From Psammoneis japonica (lineage: Eukaryota), in the NCBI GenBank assembly GCA_008632985.1, contig QPGO01000155.1, positions 1 through 64,000 on the forward strand: DNA of 64,000 nucleotides. The letters are read 5' to 3'. The notes below the pieces were generated by a model, which did not search any database, was not told the origin of the DNA, and saw only the letters and a list, made by a program, of their open reading frames with translations. Below, one piece after another: positions 49,137 through 62,289 of this stretch. Numbering within the stretch: the stretch's first letter is position 1; each line of letters opens with the position of its first letter. The position numbers were made by a program, and so were the translations under genes.

Positions 49137-51026
49137 TTAGCTGCCGGCCGCATAAAACGATGCATCAAATTGCATTTTGAAATGACCAAGGCACCTGCCA
49201 AGAGCCCGATCGTTTATTCCTTGAGTGTCTACCAGGACCAGCAGCGGTTTACAAAGCAACTGAAGTATCCATGCAGACTCAAAATAGAGTGGCAACCTCC
49301 ATATCCAAGCTAAAAACCTGCCGAACTTTTTGACCCGATCGGTCCACGGGCTCGTTTCCACCACCAAATTGAGGCATGATAACATGAACACGATCTCTGT
49401 CAAATATGTTGTTTACTTCCTCCTTTTCCGGGCTACCTCCTTTCTTGAAGGAATCCATTTCTAGGAGCTTGTTCAACTTCCCCAATCCAACAAACCGCCA
49501 CCCGACATAAATGTCCTGTGAGTTGATAGACCAAAACTTACGGTAAGCCTCAGACGTGATCTTTGGTTGTGCGGATGTCTCGAAAGGAAGCCTTGCACCT
49601 ACCTGGAGCGTATAGTGATGTAGTTTAAACACGCCACCTGCTGTTAAATTCGATATCGCTTCAAAACTCACTTGCTGGAAAAGAAAAATACAATAACGAT
49701 AGTAAGCATAACGGTAACAAAATGCAAAAAGGTAGAAGGATCTTGAAGCTCCTTCGCATTGGAGACTTACAACTTCCAGCAGAGTTGTTGAAAGGCTATT
49801 CCGAATCGATGTGTAGTCATTGATAGTCGACGGCCACCCGCCCACTTCTCGGATTTCTTCCTTGACGGATGGTTTAAGTAATGGCGATTCTTCATTCAAA
49901 ATGTGCCGCACATAATAGCCAGCGTCGAGAACTGGTATTTGCGATGGTGTGACTTCAAGATTGGAGTATATTCGTATTGCACCTTCATTAGTTCTTTGAG
50001 AAGCAATTGTCTCTGGACTCGGTTCAGACTTTGTTTCGATAATTTGGCGCAGAAGGGGTGTCTGAAGCATGCCCACAACCACACAAGAGACCGATGCCTT
50101 GAGAAGTTCATGCTTCGGTAGTTTCAGGTTCTTGGCAACGAAAGAGAACAAAAGTCAGAGAACAAATTGGTCATGGTTCGTAAGGTGTATGCTTTGTTTC
50201 TTACATCGTTGACTAGTCGAATGTCGAGAACAGGATATGGCAGCGTGCCACTCTCATTTTTTATTGCAATGTCCGTTTCCAAGTGCGGTTTCTCTTCAAG
50301 GTTGGGGACAAACGTCTCTTTCTTGCCGCCAGAGAGGTACTTCGTGAGAGTATCTTCGTCGTCCGTCATGATCAACGGAAGGTCCGTAATTCCCTTGCCA
50401 AACTGTAGACAAGCAGCACTACTAAAAGTCACCTTGGCCACTGATGTTTGCCTCGACACTTTTGAGTAGAAAATCGCTCCACAAAAACCACTAAACAGTA
50501 CGCCAACAAACGCTATGAAGGAGAGAAGCACGCGGATTCCAAAGCAGCCATGATCAGCTGGCGGTGATATGGTACCGTAACCCACGGTTGAGAATGTAGT
50601 CCATGCCAATGAAAATGCAACTTCCCAATTTTTGGTCCTCCTGTCTGAACCTTCCAAATCGTAATCGAATCCATTCAGACACTCTCTCCCGTCGTTGTCG
50701 TAAGCTATTACTACGAAAAGCAAAATTGTAGCGAAAATTGAGATTGCAGCAAGGTACACAACAAAAAACCAACCAAGGGCTCCGCCATACGTCGTCCGAT
50801 AGAGATAATCCGTCCAAGATGCGATACCCCCCTGCAACAAGATTTTGAGTCCTCTCTTTAGCGCAAATTCATTCTCCTGTCTCGGTGGGATTCTGACTGG
50901 CTTGTAAAGCCCAATTTCCGGTGACGTGTCCGTGTGTTCTTTGCGAGGAAACCGATTTCGCAGTGTTTGGGCACCCCTAAAAACTCCACGGTATCGGGTG
51001 GCCTTGTCTTGGTCTAGCTCCGCCAT
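49137..51026 (-). CDS. Inward-rectifier-like potassium channel, multi-exon
   Basis: TM1, AFSLAWTTFSTVGYG selectivity filter, TM2, then AKVTFSSAAC...LDIRLVN and YVRHILNEESPL (Kir cytoplasmic domain). Exon boundaries and 3' end approximate. Confidence 0.85.
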
Positions 51027-51929
51027 TGCGATGTCAAGAACGTTTCGTCTGCGTCATGGTCATGCATTGTTCGGTGATTTGTGATTTGGTGGTCGTCTTG
51101 CGGTTGAGCGCGGAAGGATGCGTTGAGGATTTTCAGCGATTGCCCACACGAGCTCGATTTTTCCGTTTTGAGTTTTGCTTCATTTTGTCATATAGACAAA
51201 AACATGACCACCTCCCATGCTTTTTAGCCCTACGTGTGTTTCCAATCGACGAAAATTCGATCAGGTTGAAAAATTTACGAGCTTTTTCCGATAAATAAAA
51301 AAGGACGACTCGAACTGTACGGTACCATATCAAACATCATAACACCATGTTGTATGAGGTCACTGTTCACCGCAGTGCTGTTCAGAAGAAGAACAAAAAT
51401 GAGAAATGAGGCTACCCTTGAGGCTACCGCAGTGGTATGAAGCATGAGGCTCTCTACTCTCTACAGCTAGTGTAGAGGAAGAGTAGGGCCCTATTGGCAA
51501 GCTCGATATTGATTAGCATGAGAAAGATCGAATGCAGAACGAAGCGCCATCTACTCTACTGACGTACTTGAAGACGTGAAAAGAATCTTTTCCGTCAGCT
51601 TGGAGGGATCCTATCGTTATAATCTCTCCAACATACGATGGATCAGTCAAGAGGCGACTATCTTCAATCTTTCCTGTCGAGAACCAATGGTACCATGCCA
51701 TGGATCCAAGGCTTTATCAGGTCGTCGATTCCCTTTTCCAGCGTGATCGTTTTCGCTGAATTCTGTCTTAGAGGCATCGGTCAAAGGCGGTGCGTCACTT
51801 GAAGCTTAGGGCGCGCCCGCAGGATAGTCGCCGAGGCTCGCTATTTCCTAAACAATCCCTTGGCTGGGTTGTTGATACTGAGATTGGCCTTTGTTTGTCC
51901 AATCTACGAGATGCGCCATGCACTGCATT

Positions 51930-52886
51930 ATCGCTATCATCTGTGGTGATTTGACTGCACATTTGCTTGAGTTTCACAAGGGCTCGTGCGGTCAGGCTTT
52001 TTTGGGTACAGTCCTTTCCTTGCAGGTTTCGCGAAGAACGCCGCGGCTACTCTGCAGCTGTTGCGATTGCCACGACTATCTTTTCGTCCCTGTCTTATGC
52101 CCTTTTTTAGTGTGGGCAAGCTACTGATTCCATTCGTGTCTCCGCCACCTACACTTCCGTTCAATGTCGCTACTATGATGCATTTGCTTGCGACACCAAA
52201 CATGTTACCATTGCGCACGGGTCCAGTCCGCGATCAAAGTGGACACGTCCATCGCGAAGCAAGAGACTTTTTTGCAAGCGTCATTCAAGCTGTTGGGCAG
52301 GTACTTCTTGGCCGACGATATTGTCTTTGGAGTACTTGTTTTGTTAGTCATCGTCGCATGTTTGCGAATTTCAGCATTTGCGTCAATCGTCGGTTCTGCG
52401 TTGGGAGCTGCGGTTGCTCTCGCGACGGGTGTATACCTGGCAAAGCTATCGAGAAACTATGCTTTCAAATCCAGTCTCTCTTTTACAGCAATACGAATGT
52501 TGTATAATCCGTCGTATGGTGCGCTGATCATTTTGGGCACTTTAGCTGGATGATTCATGGCAGTTTTTTGGACAACAAGCACTTTCTGCATTCTTTTTGA
52601 GCCGTTTAGCCTACCGCAGTCATGACTCTGCCATTTTGTGCGGTCGCTTATGCCTTTCATGCTTTGGGGTACAATATCTCTGGTTGTCGTTGTTCCCCTT
52701 GGTGCCGTGGCTGTTGCGGAAGATCATCTCAGAAATGTCAAATCCTTGAAAGACGGATTCAACTTTCTCAAAGAAGCCCCACACCATGAGAATGCGCATA
52801 TCTTCAAGCCAACCTGTAGAACAGGACTCTTAGGAGAGATCCATGCAAGCTTTCGAGTGCCGTTGTTGCCGAAGAGGCGCCCATAA
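51930..52886 (+). pseudogene. Urea transporter (SLC14/Utp family) pseudogene
   Basis: SGFFGYSP, PPTLPFNVAT, QAVGQV/FLADDIVFGVLVL...SAFASIVGSALG and VVVPLGAVAVAEDHL, spread over several frames with stops. Confidence 0.7.
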
Positions 52887-53859
52887 GGATAAAGCAGGTT
52901 TCAGTGCAGGTGGGCACGAGTTCATTGAATCCGGCGAGATTGAGGACGCATTGGAATATCTCGGAGAGCCGTGGGGATTGATGATGTTGAAAAATTTCTA
53001 CTACGTGACGATTGCAAGAATCAAGGCGATGGTCTCTGAGGCAACAGGCGTGTCGGGTTCAGAGACGTCGTGAGTCGGTTATTTCCAACTCGGGGCGATA
53101 AGTTTGAGTATTTCTCACATGAAACTATGGGTAAGCCATGTCAGCTCTACAGTGGCCTATTATGACTTTGCATATCTATCTAAGGAGCTACTATTCTGTA
53201 GCCGAGTTATTGTTTTTGAATGTAAACACTACTTTCTAGTGCCACTAGTTGTCAGAATTCACTGCGCTTCTCATCGGCCCGAAAGCAGAGAACCTTCCAC
53301 CTAACCAAAATTGTGACTTGAAGCTTTTCCGGCAAACAATAATTGCCCTATTGCCATTCGGGTTCCGCATTTATGTCGGCGCCCACGTTTCCATAGCTAC
53401 ACACGGAAACGGGTCAGTGGACCAGTTTTTCGTGCTTGCATGGATAGAATCTTGGTACTTATCGCTACACATTGACTTGAGGGCTCACCGTTGTATTTGG
53501 ATCTGCGACCAACTCCTCCGCCACGGCACCTGCGAGCAGCATCGAGATACTCTCTCGCTCTAGAGAGACCAGCTTGAATCACTGTTCTCCTCAGTTAGGC
53601 ATGAGTTCTCCCATTTGCTCATTCTCCCACTCACCAACCGCCACAATACTCTGACCGTGCCTAACCTATTTCCTTTTTGCAATGTAAGCGACTGTCCAGT
53701 CTGCAATCACAGAACGCTGAAACATTGCAGCTGATGTTCCGTTGAACGCACGCCAAGCGTTCAGTGAAGCAAAGTTTATATTTTCAAAAAGCTAACTTTT
53801 ATATGTATGAAAGATGTAATTGACCAGGCAAGGTCCCTACTACAAGAAAAGGGCGCTTT

Positions 53860-54705
53860 CTAGTCGCCGCCTCCACTCACACGCTCTTCTTCTACCGGTA
53901 AATCTCCCGTTTCTTCCAAATCTTGGAGTTCTTCCTCGAGATAATCTTCTTCATAAGTCTCAGTCGTGTCCTCTTCTTGCTCGTCCTCATCCTCTAGGTA
54001 CTCATCATAACTATCGGGCGATAGTCCTTCTTGCTCACTCTCGTCCACTTCATACTCAAAAGGATCAAAGGGAGCATCCATGCTTCCGTCAAAGCTGTTG
54101 CTAGACAAATCGTCAACCGATGATGAGCTCTCCGTGGAGAAGCCCTCGGTGCTCGAGAAGGAAGAGTCCTCACTTGAGCTGCTACTGTCGTCAGAAGAAG
54201 AGGAGCTGCTGCTGCCGCTGCTGCTACTCCACATGCGATCCCACCACCTCGCTCCGCCTTTACCACCTTTACCGCAAGGAGGATGACCGTGAGGTCCTCC
54301 CTTGGGTCCATAAGGTGGGTGTGGAAGACCATCAGGTCCATGAGGTGGAGGATGAGGTCCATGAGGTCCATGAGGTGGAGGATGAGGACCATCAGGGTGA
54401 ACGGGGTGATGCCAGTCGCCTGGACCTGGATGATGATGATGGTGGTGGTGGCCATGATGAACGCCCTTTCCATACCCGGCTTGGTGGTGAGCTCTCAGCA
54501 TGGCTTTATTGTCAGATGACGAATCCGAGTCACACGCGAGGAGCGACAAAAGTACAACGAGCGAAAGAGAAATACCAACGATGCTCAGCATGCGACAGAA
54601 CGCGCCGCGGGCCTTGTCGCGACTCTCTCCACGTACATCATCCACTAAGACGCTATCTGTCATCGGCACGGCCACATAGGGGCCAGTTACAACCTTTTTG
54701 CTCAT
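53860..54705 (-). CDS. Single-TM protein with His/Pro/Gly repeats, poly-Ser and an acidic tail
   Basis: MSKKVVTGPYVAVP..., TM helix, HHHHHH, repeated GPHPPPHG, SSSS tract, D/E-rich C-terminus. Confidence 0.75.
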   Translation of the reverse strand: MSKKVVTGPYVAVPMTDSVLVDDVRGESRDKARGAFCRMLSIVGISLSLVVLLSLLACDSDSSSDNKAMLRAHHQAGYGKGVHHGHHHHHHHPGPGDWHHPVHPDGPHPPPHGPHGPHPPPHGPDGLPHPPYGPKGGPHGHPPCGKGGKGGARWWDRMWSSSSGSSSSSSSDDSSSSSEDSSFSSTEGFSTESSSSVDDLSSNSFDGSMDAPFDPFEYEVDESEQEGLSPDSYDEYLEDEDEQEEDTTETYEEDYLEEELQDLEETGDLPVEEERVSGGGD

Positions 54706-54959
54706 GGTTCGATTTGGTATGGTTATCAACACCACTCAAAACTCTGACACTGTTTTGTGCACCCGGTAGTTTTGTTCGCTCGGAGAAATTTTGTTCGTGT
54801 TTTGCAGATCTACGTAGAATCTTACGTGTCTCAGTACGAAGGTCATCGTTCTCGAAGATGCTTCCGAATCCCGAATCTGCGGCACGAGCTCTATGTTCCA
54901 GCTCTATCCTGTGGCGAGATCCTCGTTCCCTTTGCGGACACTTGCCGCAGTCTACCGCA

Positions 54960-57595
54960 CTCTGCTGCATTCATTTGAACTTTGATGCCGAAGACAACAT
55001 GGAAAGTTGTTGGTGACATTGAAGCATTGCTTCTTTTGTTCTTGTTCTCTCTGCTGGTGGTTGCAACTGTTGCAGCAAGCATGCCTTTCTTGCAATCATC
55101 TTCCTCAGCCGGCACCCTCAACTGCTGTCTTTGGCACAGGTTGTGCAGCTGGTTGCAGGGTTGCTGGCTGTGTTCAAAGCAAAAAGTGTGAGTGTGAATG
55201 GATCATGTGGCTTTGTTCTACAAAGACTCCATCAGTGCACACAATGACAGTCTCTCTGCTGCACCAGCGCTGCAGACCCCCCCCATGCTTCTGTTGGTGC
55301 GGCCAAGGACTTTTCTGTGGAGCCGGAGTGTCGGAGCAAGTTAGACCAGGGCATTGGAGAACCCAGAATGAGTTGAAGCCTGCAGACATTTGTCTCCTGA
55401 TGTGGCCGTCTGATGACAATGTGTTTTTTGTCATCACACTGTTGTCCCCGAAACACGAAGCATTCCAACTCTTTGGAGTGCATCATGTGGCACACGAGCT
55501 GTTGTCATTGGTGCTGGGGAGCATCTGTTAAAACCAAATCCACTTGGTGAACAAAGTTACATTGAACAATCTTCTGGGCAAACCACAGCCACACAAGCAG
55601 CCAGGATGTGTGTTTTGAGAGCGGACACGAAGCTTCACAAGATGTTCCCTTTTGCCGCCATTCGCACATTGGTTCAACACAGAGTGTCAGCCAGTCAAGG
55701 CCAAATGCACTGAGTTCCCAAGAAACACATGGTGACTTGACAGAGGAGGAAAGTGCTTGTGGCACACTGCAAGCATCCAACCATGCAAACAGATGCTCGG
55801 TGGAGCTTTTCCATTGCACTGCTTGCACGTGCTTTGGAGGAGGGTTTGCACCACTTGAGATCCCAGAAATGTGAGTGTCCTGAGCAGTGGGTCCATGAGA
55901 GTGCATCTGGTGCTGCAGCATGGACAATGCTCAATGGGGTCAAGGCCTGGAATGCACTGCTGGCCGCCACTGGTGCAGCCAATTGCTTGTTGAGAGTTGC
56001 TCACACACTCATTGTCCAGCTGCTTGACTTGAAGATGGTGCTGCCAACAACTTTTTTGGCACAGAGCTGGTCTTGTTGGACTTGATGAATCTAAATGAAG
56101 GCACAACTCTCAATCACAAGGTGACCTCAGTGATTTGTGGTGTGAGGTTGAAGTTTCTGTGCTGCATTGACACATGGTTTGATGCTTGTCATTGAGGTTG
56201 GGTCTGACACAAGTCATGATCCCAAGAATCTGAATGACTTGCAATGCAGATGCCATTTTCAAGGCCACCACAGGCACCACTTGGGTTGAACGGGAAAGAA
56301 ATTTGTCTCAAAGAGCACTTTTTCTTCAGTGCTTTGGTCTGAAAAAGATGTGTGCTGCAGGATGAGATTCCCTGTGGCTGGGCTGGGCTGTGCAAACAAC
56401 TTGAAAAACTCTTGAGTTCTTTGAAGGGGGCTTGGGCACACTGGTTGCACATGAGCATTGTCTGCTGTGCTGGGGCTCAATGAAGTTTGCAGATTGTTGT
56501 TGTGTGCTTTTTCTGCAATTGCAGATGCTTGGAGGAGCTTGAGAAAACCGCTGTCAAGATCGCACAACACATTGTCTTTTGCAACGAAAAGATGGCACTG
56601 GAGCTGACTCCAATGCCACAGAGCCACAATCATCAAAGCCAACTGCAAATGTTGAGAGCAAGCAAAAGCAGAGAGGAGATGCGTGGCTGCACATGTGCAG
56701 CTCCTCTTTCTTGCAAATTCCCAATTGTGTCATCTGCTCAAATTGACAGAAATCAAAATCTGAACAAGAGTGTGAGTTGTGCAAAGTGCAACTTGGTGGT
56801 GAGACAGTCACAATTGCAAACACAACAAACAGACCTCAGCCCAGAGCACTCCTGTGTGGGACATGGAGAAAACACAGAAGCCAGCCAAAATGTGCCAGCA
56901 AGCCAACGCTCATTTGGCCCATGGGGGAGCTCAGGCTTGAGGTGCTCAATGAGCAACTCTGACTCTAACAAGTGGGGTCTAAGCCACCTTGCAACCTTCA
57001 CAAAAAAGGCTTCCCTCTGCCATGCAGCCACGACATCTTGGTGTCCATGTGACATCAACAGGCGCACTCAGCGTGCACAAAAAAAATGCAGCGGCACCAC
57101 TCTAAAAAGGTGTGATGGCTGGCAATGCCTGCCGTTCCATTTGACCTTTGCAAGCACTTGATGCACACGCAAGAAGTGAGTTTGCTGGGAGGGCACATCA
57201 TGGCGGCACATCCCCCCCGTTGGAGTTGGATGCCCCGAGACACCACACAGACCACTTTGACAGGCAATGTGGTCACTTTGCCTCAAGCCAATTTTCAACT
57301 TCAAAAGACACAGATGAAAGCAATCAAGAACCTGAGCCTTCAGGTTCACATGGAAGCTGTGTGCTGCAGATGACGCTCAATGACTTTTGACTTCAGAAGA
57401 TCTGATGACGCTCGTCTCCCAGCCAACAAGAGCGAAAGATCGACTCACACCTTTGTGATGCAACCATGGCAATCAAGATGCAGCAACATGTTTCAAAAGG
57501 TCCAAATGGCAATTCATGTGTGCTCCATGCAACAATGAGCAAAAGTGATTCGCAATTCACTTGGCCCTGGTTTGCTGTTTTCAATTTTTTCAAGA
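54960..57595. other. TpA- and CpG-poor domain, unidentifiable relic
   Basis: Only scattered TA in about 2.6 kb; flanks have normal composition. Confidence 0.8.
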
Positions 57596-57793
57596 CGTCC
57601 GAGCTCCGAATTCCGCGAACTCGGAGATTTCGTCCCTTATTTTCGCTCCGCCGCCCAAAGGCCTAGCCATAGCCCGCGCGCCGCCGCCGCTGAAACACAA
57701 ATAACAAAAAATAACTACCGTAATGCGATGGCGCTGACAGCTTGAATAAGCTGACATTAGAAGCGGCAGCTAAGAAAAACCCCTTGCTAAGCC

Positions 57794-59986
57794 ATGAAGC
57801 ACCAAGATGTCCCTACCAAGGAAATTGGACTGTGTCAGAGAGGACCATGGAGTGGGAAACTTGTGATGAGGGTGTTGGACGCGTCAACAAAGTCAGAGTA
57901 CCAGAGTTTGAAGCCAGCATGCTACTTTGATGCCGGCAAACTACTTTCGGGAAGCGGACCCTTGCATTGCTTGCCATGGAGCTCAACTTCTACAGATCGA
58001 AAAGGTAGTGACAATAGTGTTAGGGAGGACATTTCAGGCGTTGGAAACACGGTCGTATCCGACTGTAGCGAAGAAACAAATTATGATTTGTATCTCTTCA
58101 ACACAAACAACGATGGTGAGGTTCTAGAGGTACACCAAGTACACATGAATCGGAAATCGAATGAAGAATTCCGTCGAGTATTGAAGCGCCTAGAGATATC
58201 TATATCCAAGAAACTAGGACGAGGTACGGCAAAACAGAACAAGAAACAAAAACGCAACAAGCAAACGAACACCATGCTCGGCACCTCGTCAGTCTTGTGG
58301 AGGAGGAGGAGACCTCATCGAACCAACACCGACAATGACTCGCCATTAGATGGCTTAAAGCCATGGGACACTGCCGGCTTGACTCATCTAGAGCTACGGA
58401 AAAAGGCCCTTCAAGAATCTGTAGATCTTGCAGTGTCGGTTTCGATTGCATCCGAAAATGTAACGATTCCGATCGAGATTGATGTGTGTCCGCCCACCGT
58501 ACTATGTGTCCAAACTTTTGAGACTTTCGAAGCAAGTATCCTTGTTGGAGTTCCTCTTGTGGTTGAAACTCAAGTCATGTATGGCAGCCGTGCCATTGTG
58601 GACTGGTACGTTGGAGGGTCTAAGGTACAAAGCGATAGCCCGTGCTATACACCCGTCCAAGAAGACGTCGGAAAGGAAGTTGCTGTGGTCATTACGCCTG
58701 TTCGCAAGAATCACAGTGGACGTGGTTGTGAAGAAGCCTACCGCTTCAAAAATTCCGTCGAGCCTCTTCCTCGTATGCCCATTCTGAATCCACTCCGTGA
58801 GGAATGGATCAATGGCCAGTCACCAACAACAAATAAATCTCTGAGAATCGTAACGTACAATATCTTGGCAGACCAAAATGCTTATCCTCGAGACTCAAGT
58901 GTTGAAAACATTTACCCATACTGCGACTTGAAATTTCTAGCACGGTCTCGGCGTATGCCAATGATTGTCTACGAGATACTGGCATACCAAGCCGATATCA
59001 TCTGTCTGCAAGAAGTCGACGAGGGGATGTATGAATCTCTCTTTGGGCCCGTCTTGAGTGCCAAGGGGTATCAAGGATTTTATAGTGTAAAAAAGACTGG
59101 ATCTACCAGGGAGGGATGCGCCATGTTTTGGTCTCTACGCAGTTTTGAGAGAGTGCTCGAGGAGGAAATGACAACTCATGTGATTCGTGATTTATTTCCT
59201 GAGCCAGTCGACGCTTGCATTCCCGACAACGATTCCAGTAGCAGCATTGACTCATGGGAGTCCATTCGTGCAATCGGGGAGTTGCTTCACAAATACGACA
59301 ACTTGAAAGATGTGATTCAAAACAAGCTTGGTCATGTCTTGCAGGTGACGAAATTGACTCCCAAACAAGGCCGTTTCGGCGACAACGTTGCGGAAAAGGT
59401 CGTTGTTGCAAACACACACTTGTTCTTTCATCCCAATGCCGGCCACATTCGAATGATGCAATTGTTGGTGTCTTGTAATCTACTGGATTCTGTAAGGAAG
59501 CAAGACCGTGAAAAATGGCCACTTGTCTTTTGTGGAGATTTTAATTCATTGGCTCATTCCGGGAGCTGCAAACTCATGTATGAACGCACAGTTCCTCCTA
59601 ACCACAACAATGGTCATACATGGGAGCATCTACAGTCATTTGTTTGGGAACGTGACTTACGCATGGCAAATAGTAATACTGAGAAAGATGCAGACACCCA
59701 ACTGCCAACCCTTTCGCTTCCTCCAGAGTTCCCTCGTCTCTGTTCCGGATGGGGTGGTGTTCTTCCAGAATTTACTCACTACATTGTTGGTTTTCAAGGC
59801 GTCTTGGATCACATTTTGGTATCGGAAACGTCTAATCAGGAACCGTACGGATTCAGACCAAAGAAATGGGCAGCCATGCCAACCGAGAAGGACATTACAC
59901 AGTATGTGGCAATGCCAAACGAATTCATGCCGAGTGATCACATTGCTCTGGTGTGTGATATTGAGTTGGTGAGCTACAACAAATAA
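57794..59986 (+). CDS. PDE12: 2',5'-phosphodiesterase 12 / CCR4-like EEP nuclease
   Basis: TYNILAD, DIICLQEVD, ANTHLFFHP, CGDFNS, LDHILV and PSDHIALV motifs, with an upstream Ig-like YTPVQEDVGK segment. Confidence 0.88.
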   Translation: MKHQDVPTKEIGLCQRGPWSGKLVMRVLDASTKSEYQSLKPACYFDAGKLLSGSGPLHCLPWSSTSTDRKGSDNSVREDISGVGNTVVSDCSEETNYDLYLFNTNNDGEVLEVHQVHMNRKSNEEFRRVLKRLEISISKKLGRGTAKQNKKQKRNKQTNTMLGTSSVLWRRRRPHRTNTDNDSPLDGLKPWDTAGLTHLELRKKALQESVDLAVSVSIASENVTIPIEIDVCPPTVLCVQTFETFEASILVGVPLVVETQVMYGSRAIVDWYVGGSKVQSDSPCYTPVQEDVGKEVAVVITPVRKNHSGRGCEEAYRFKNSVEPLPRMPILNPLREEWINGQSPTTNKSLRIVTYNILADQNAYPRDSSVENIYPYCDLKFLARSRRMPMIVYEILAYQADIICLQEVDEGMYESLFGPVLSAKGYQGFYSVKKTGSTREGCAMFWSLRSFERVLEEEMTTHVIRDLFPEPVDACIPDNDSSSSIDSWESIRAIGELLHKYDNLKDVIQNKLGHVLQVTKLTPKQGRFGDNVAEKVVVANTHLFFHPNAGHIRMMQLLVSCNLLDSVRKQDREKWPLVFCGDFNSLAHSGSCKLMYERTVPPNHNNGHTWEHLQSFVWERDLRMANSNTEKDADTQLPTLSLPPEFPRLCSGWGGVLPEFTHYIVGFQGVLDHILVSETSNQEPYGFRPKKWAAMPTEKDITQYVAMPNEFMPSDHIALVCDIELVSYNK

Positions 59987-60388
59987 TAATGCAGCAGCTG
60001 CAGTACTACAAAGTCTGAGGCTATTGCGCTACCGTAGTGAGATTCTTTATCCAGTACTACTCGTGTGCAAACTGTTTGTCACGAGAAGACTACCGTCTTG
60101 TGGCTTTTCCTTGTTCATCTAACTGTAATTGTAACAGTTTCAGCGAATAGTACTTCCGAACACACCAACCTACAAATTGCGACTAATCCTAACGCTTCCA
60201 AATCGTAAGAACAATGAGGTAAGAAATGTTTTAGCGTGACACTGACAAATAAGATATTAGTTACACGTCTATGAATCACAAAGCAATTTAGCTTGGACTT
60301 GGTCCGGTGATTTACAGCCTAGGATCCGATCCAACCGCAAAACGAGTTACATAAAATGACTGCAGCTCTGCTGGAGTAAATTTCCTGT

Positions 60389-61836
60389 CTACAAGCTATA
60401 CACATCTTCTCCTCCAATCGAAGAAGCAGCAGCGACAGAATCGAGCACAGAGGCTCCGCCTCCAATGGCGCTAGTATCGTCCCTGAGATAGGACATCACC
60501 GATTCGTCTTCTCCCCGAGGAGAGGCTGCTTCTCTGGTTTCCGAGGCCATGGTGCTTGGAGTGTCTGGTACTTTGACATCATCCTCATGTCGTTCAACTT
60601 CGACCGACTGTTCCAATTCCAATTTGTTTTGTGTTTGTTTCGAAAGCCGATGGACATATGCAAAAATGGCAATGGCACCAAGGCCACAAACAATAGCGGC
60701 AATAATACTAAACACAAACAACCCCGTGTTTCCACTGTCCCCTCCCCCATCACCAGTACTTTCGTTTGGTGACTCAAACGATCCACTAACAACATTGACA
60801 TCACCCGTCTGCGACAAGACGGGATCATCCGAATCCCGGAGCGCCTTTAAAAAGTCATCACTCATGAGAGCATCCCTCGTTGCCTCATCGACTTGTGTCT
60901 GTGTCGGCGGCTGCGAGATGAAAAAGGCCGTTCCCAATATAAGTCTTGAAAGCACACCCTCGTTTACCTCTCCGTTTTGTTGATCCAAAATGGTCAACTC
61001 GAGTGACGCCGCAGGTTTTGGCAGAGCAGTTTCGTAGTACGTCAAGAGATACTTGTACATGACGTCAAATAATGCATTCGTTTGCTCTTGTGAGAGTCGT
61101 CGTCGTTGTCGTTGTCGCGTTCCAGTCGTATCGAGGCGTAGCGCAATGGTAAAGGGCGTCAAGGGCACACTGATTAATTCTCCAACCGGCTTTGGAGTCG
61201 TGGGTGTTGGCTCGGGTGTGGGCTGTGAAGTTGGACTGCCTGTTGGCGAATCTGTAATCGGTGCTACAGTCGGAGACCGCGTCGGCCTCATTGTTGGCGG
61301 TCTTGTCGGACTTCGGGTTGGCTTTTTCGTAGCTGTATCATCGTTCATCGTGTATTTATCGCGGCGGAAAGAAAGAAAAAATAAAGGTGAGAAAATTAAC
61401 TTTTGAACATCACTTCAACAACAAACCACTTACGCTGCGGAGTTGGTCTCGGGGTGGGTTCTGGTGGAGAGGTAGGTGGAGAAGTAAGTGGAGGTGGCCT
61501 TGGGACTGGAGGATTGACTACTGGAGGGTTAGGATTGACAGGAGGGTTGATGGGAGGGGGAGGATTAACAGGCGTCCTTCCTGTCAAACAATCGGGATTG
61601 TTCTGATCACAATGTCCCCATCCACTTCTGTTTACATGATAACACCAGGGCGTGTTGCCATTGTTTGCAGTCGTACAAGTATCGTAAGTTTGGCCGTTCC
61701 ATGTAAAGGGAAAGCCACATTCCTTGTTCTTGGGTCCGCTTCCCTGCGTGTCAGCTAGACATTGCGCATCTGACGGCTTTGCACAGAACAAAAGCATCAC
61801 ACAGCAGCACCACGAGATTATGCTAGCGTTTCTCAT
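60389..61836 (-). CDS. Type I membrane protein: signal peptide, fibronectin-type-II-like domain, Pro/Thr linker, TM; 2 exons
   Basis: CGFPFTWNGQTYDTCTT...PWCY...WGHC. Predicted intron 61333-61433 (GTAAGT...ATACAG) keeps the frame. TM LFVFSIIAAIVCGLGAIAIFAYV. Confidence 0.82.
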
Positions 61837-62289
61837 TTTGATTGGTATTTTCTGGTATATATAGTTGAGTACTTGTAGTACTTGTAGTCTCGTCTTTGCA
61901 ACTGAACAGCGATGTATGATGCGTTATTGTTGTTGCATTGAGCGAGTCGAAACTTTGAGGCCGCTAGGTGTGAATCTTGCAAAGCAAAAATTCGAAAAAA
62001 TGGACGGACTAGCTTCAGCGTGCGATTCGTACTGCTGTCTACGTGGTAACCCGCGGAAAAAAAACGAAAAAATGGAGTCATTCAAATTTTTTTTAAACTT
62101 CAGGGAGATAAACAAACATAAAATGTCATTTAGGGAAACACTCTTATTTATAAGATTCAATAGTGAAGGATAATTATAAAACGTTTCGATAGTACGACTA
62201 GAATATAAAGATCAAGAAATGATTACTTACATTTATCACATTGAAATTTCAAAAAAATCAAACGGCTCGAAAAGGAAAGGGGGCTTTTT

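Noticed and set aside
57794..59986. PDE12/EEP nuclease as the effector of hypermutation
   Set aside because: It is an ordinary conserved RNA deadenylase-type gene; adjacency is not evidence.
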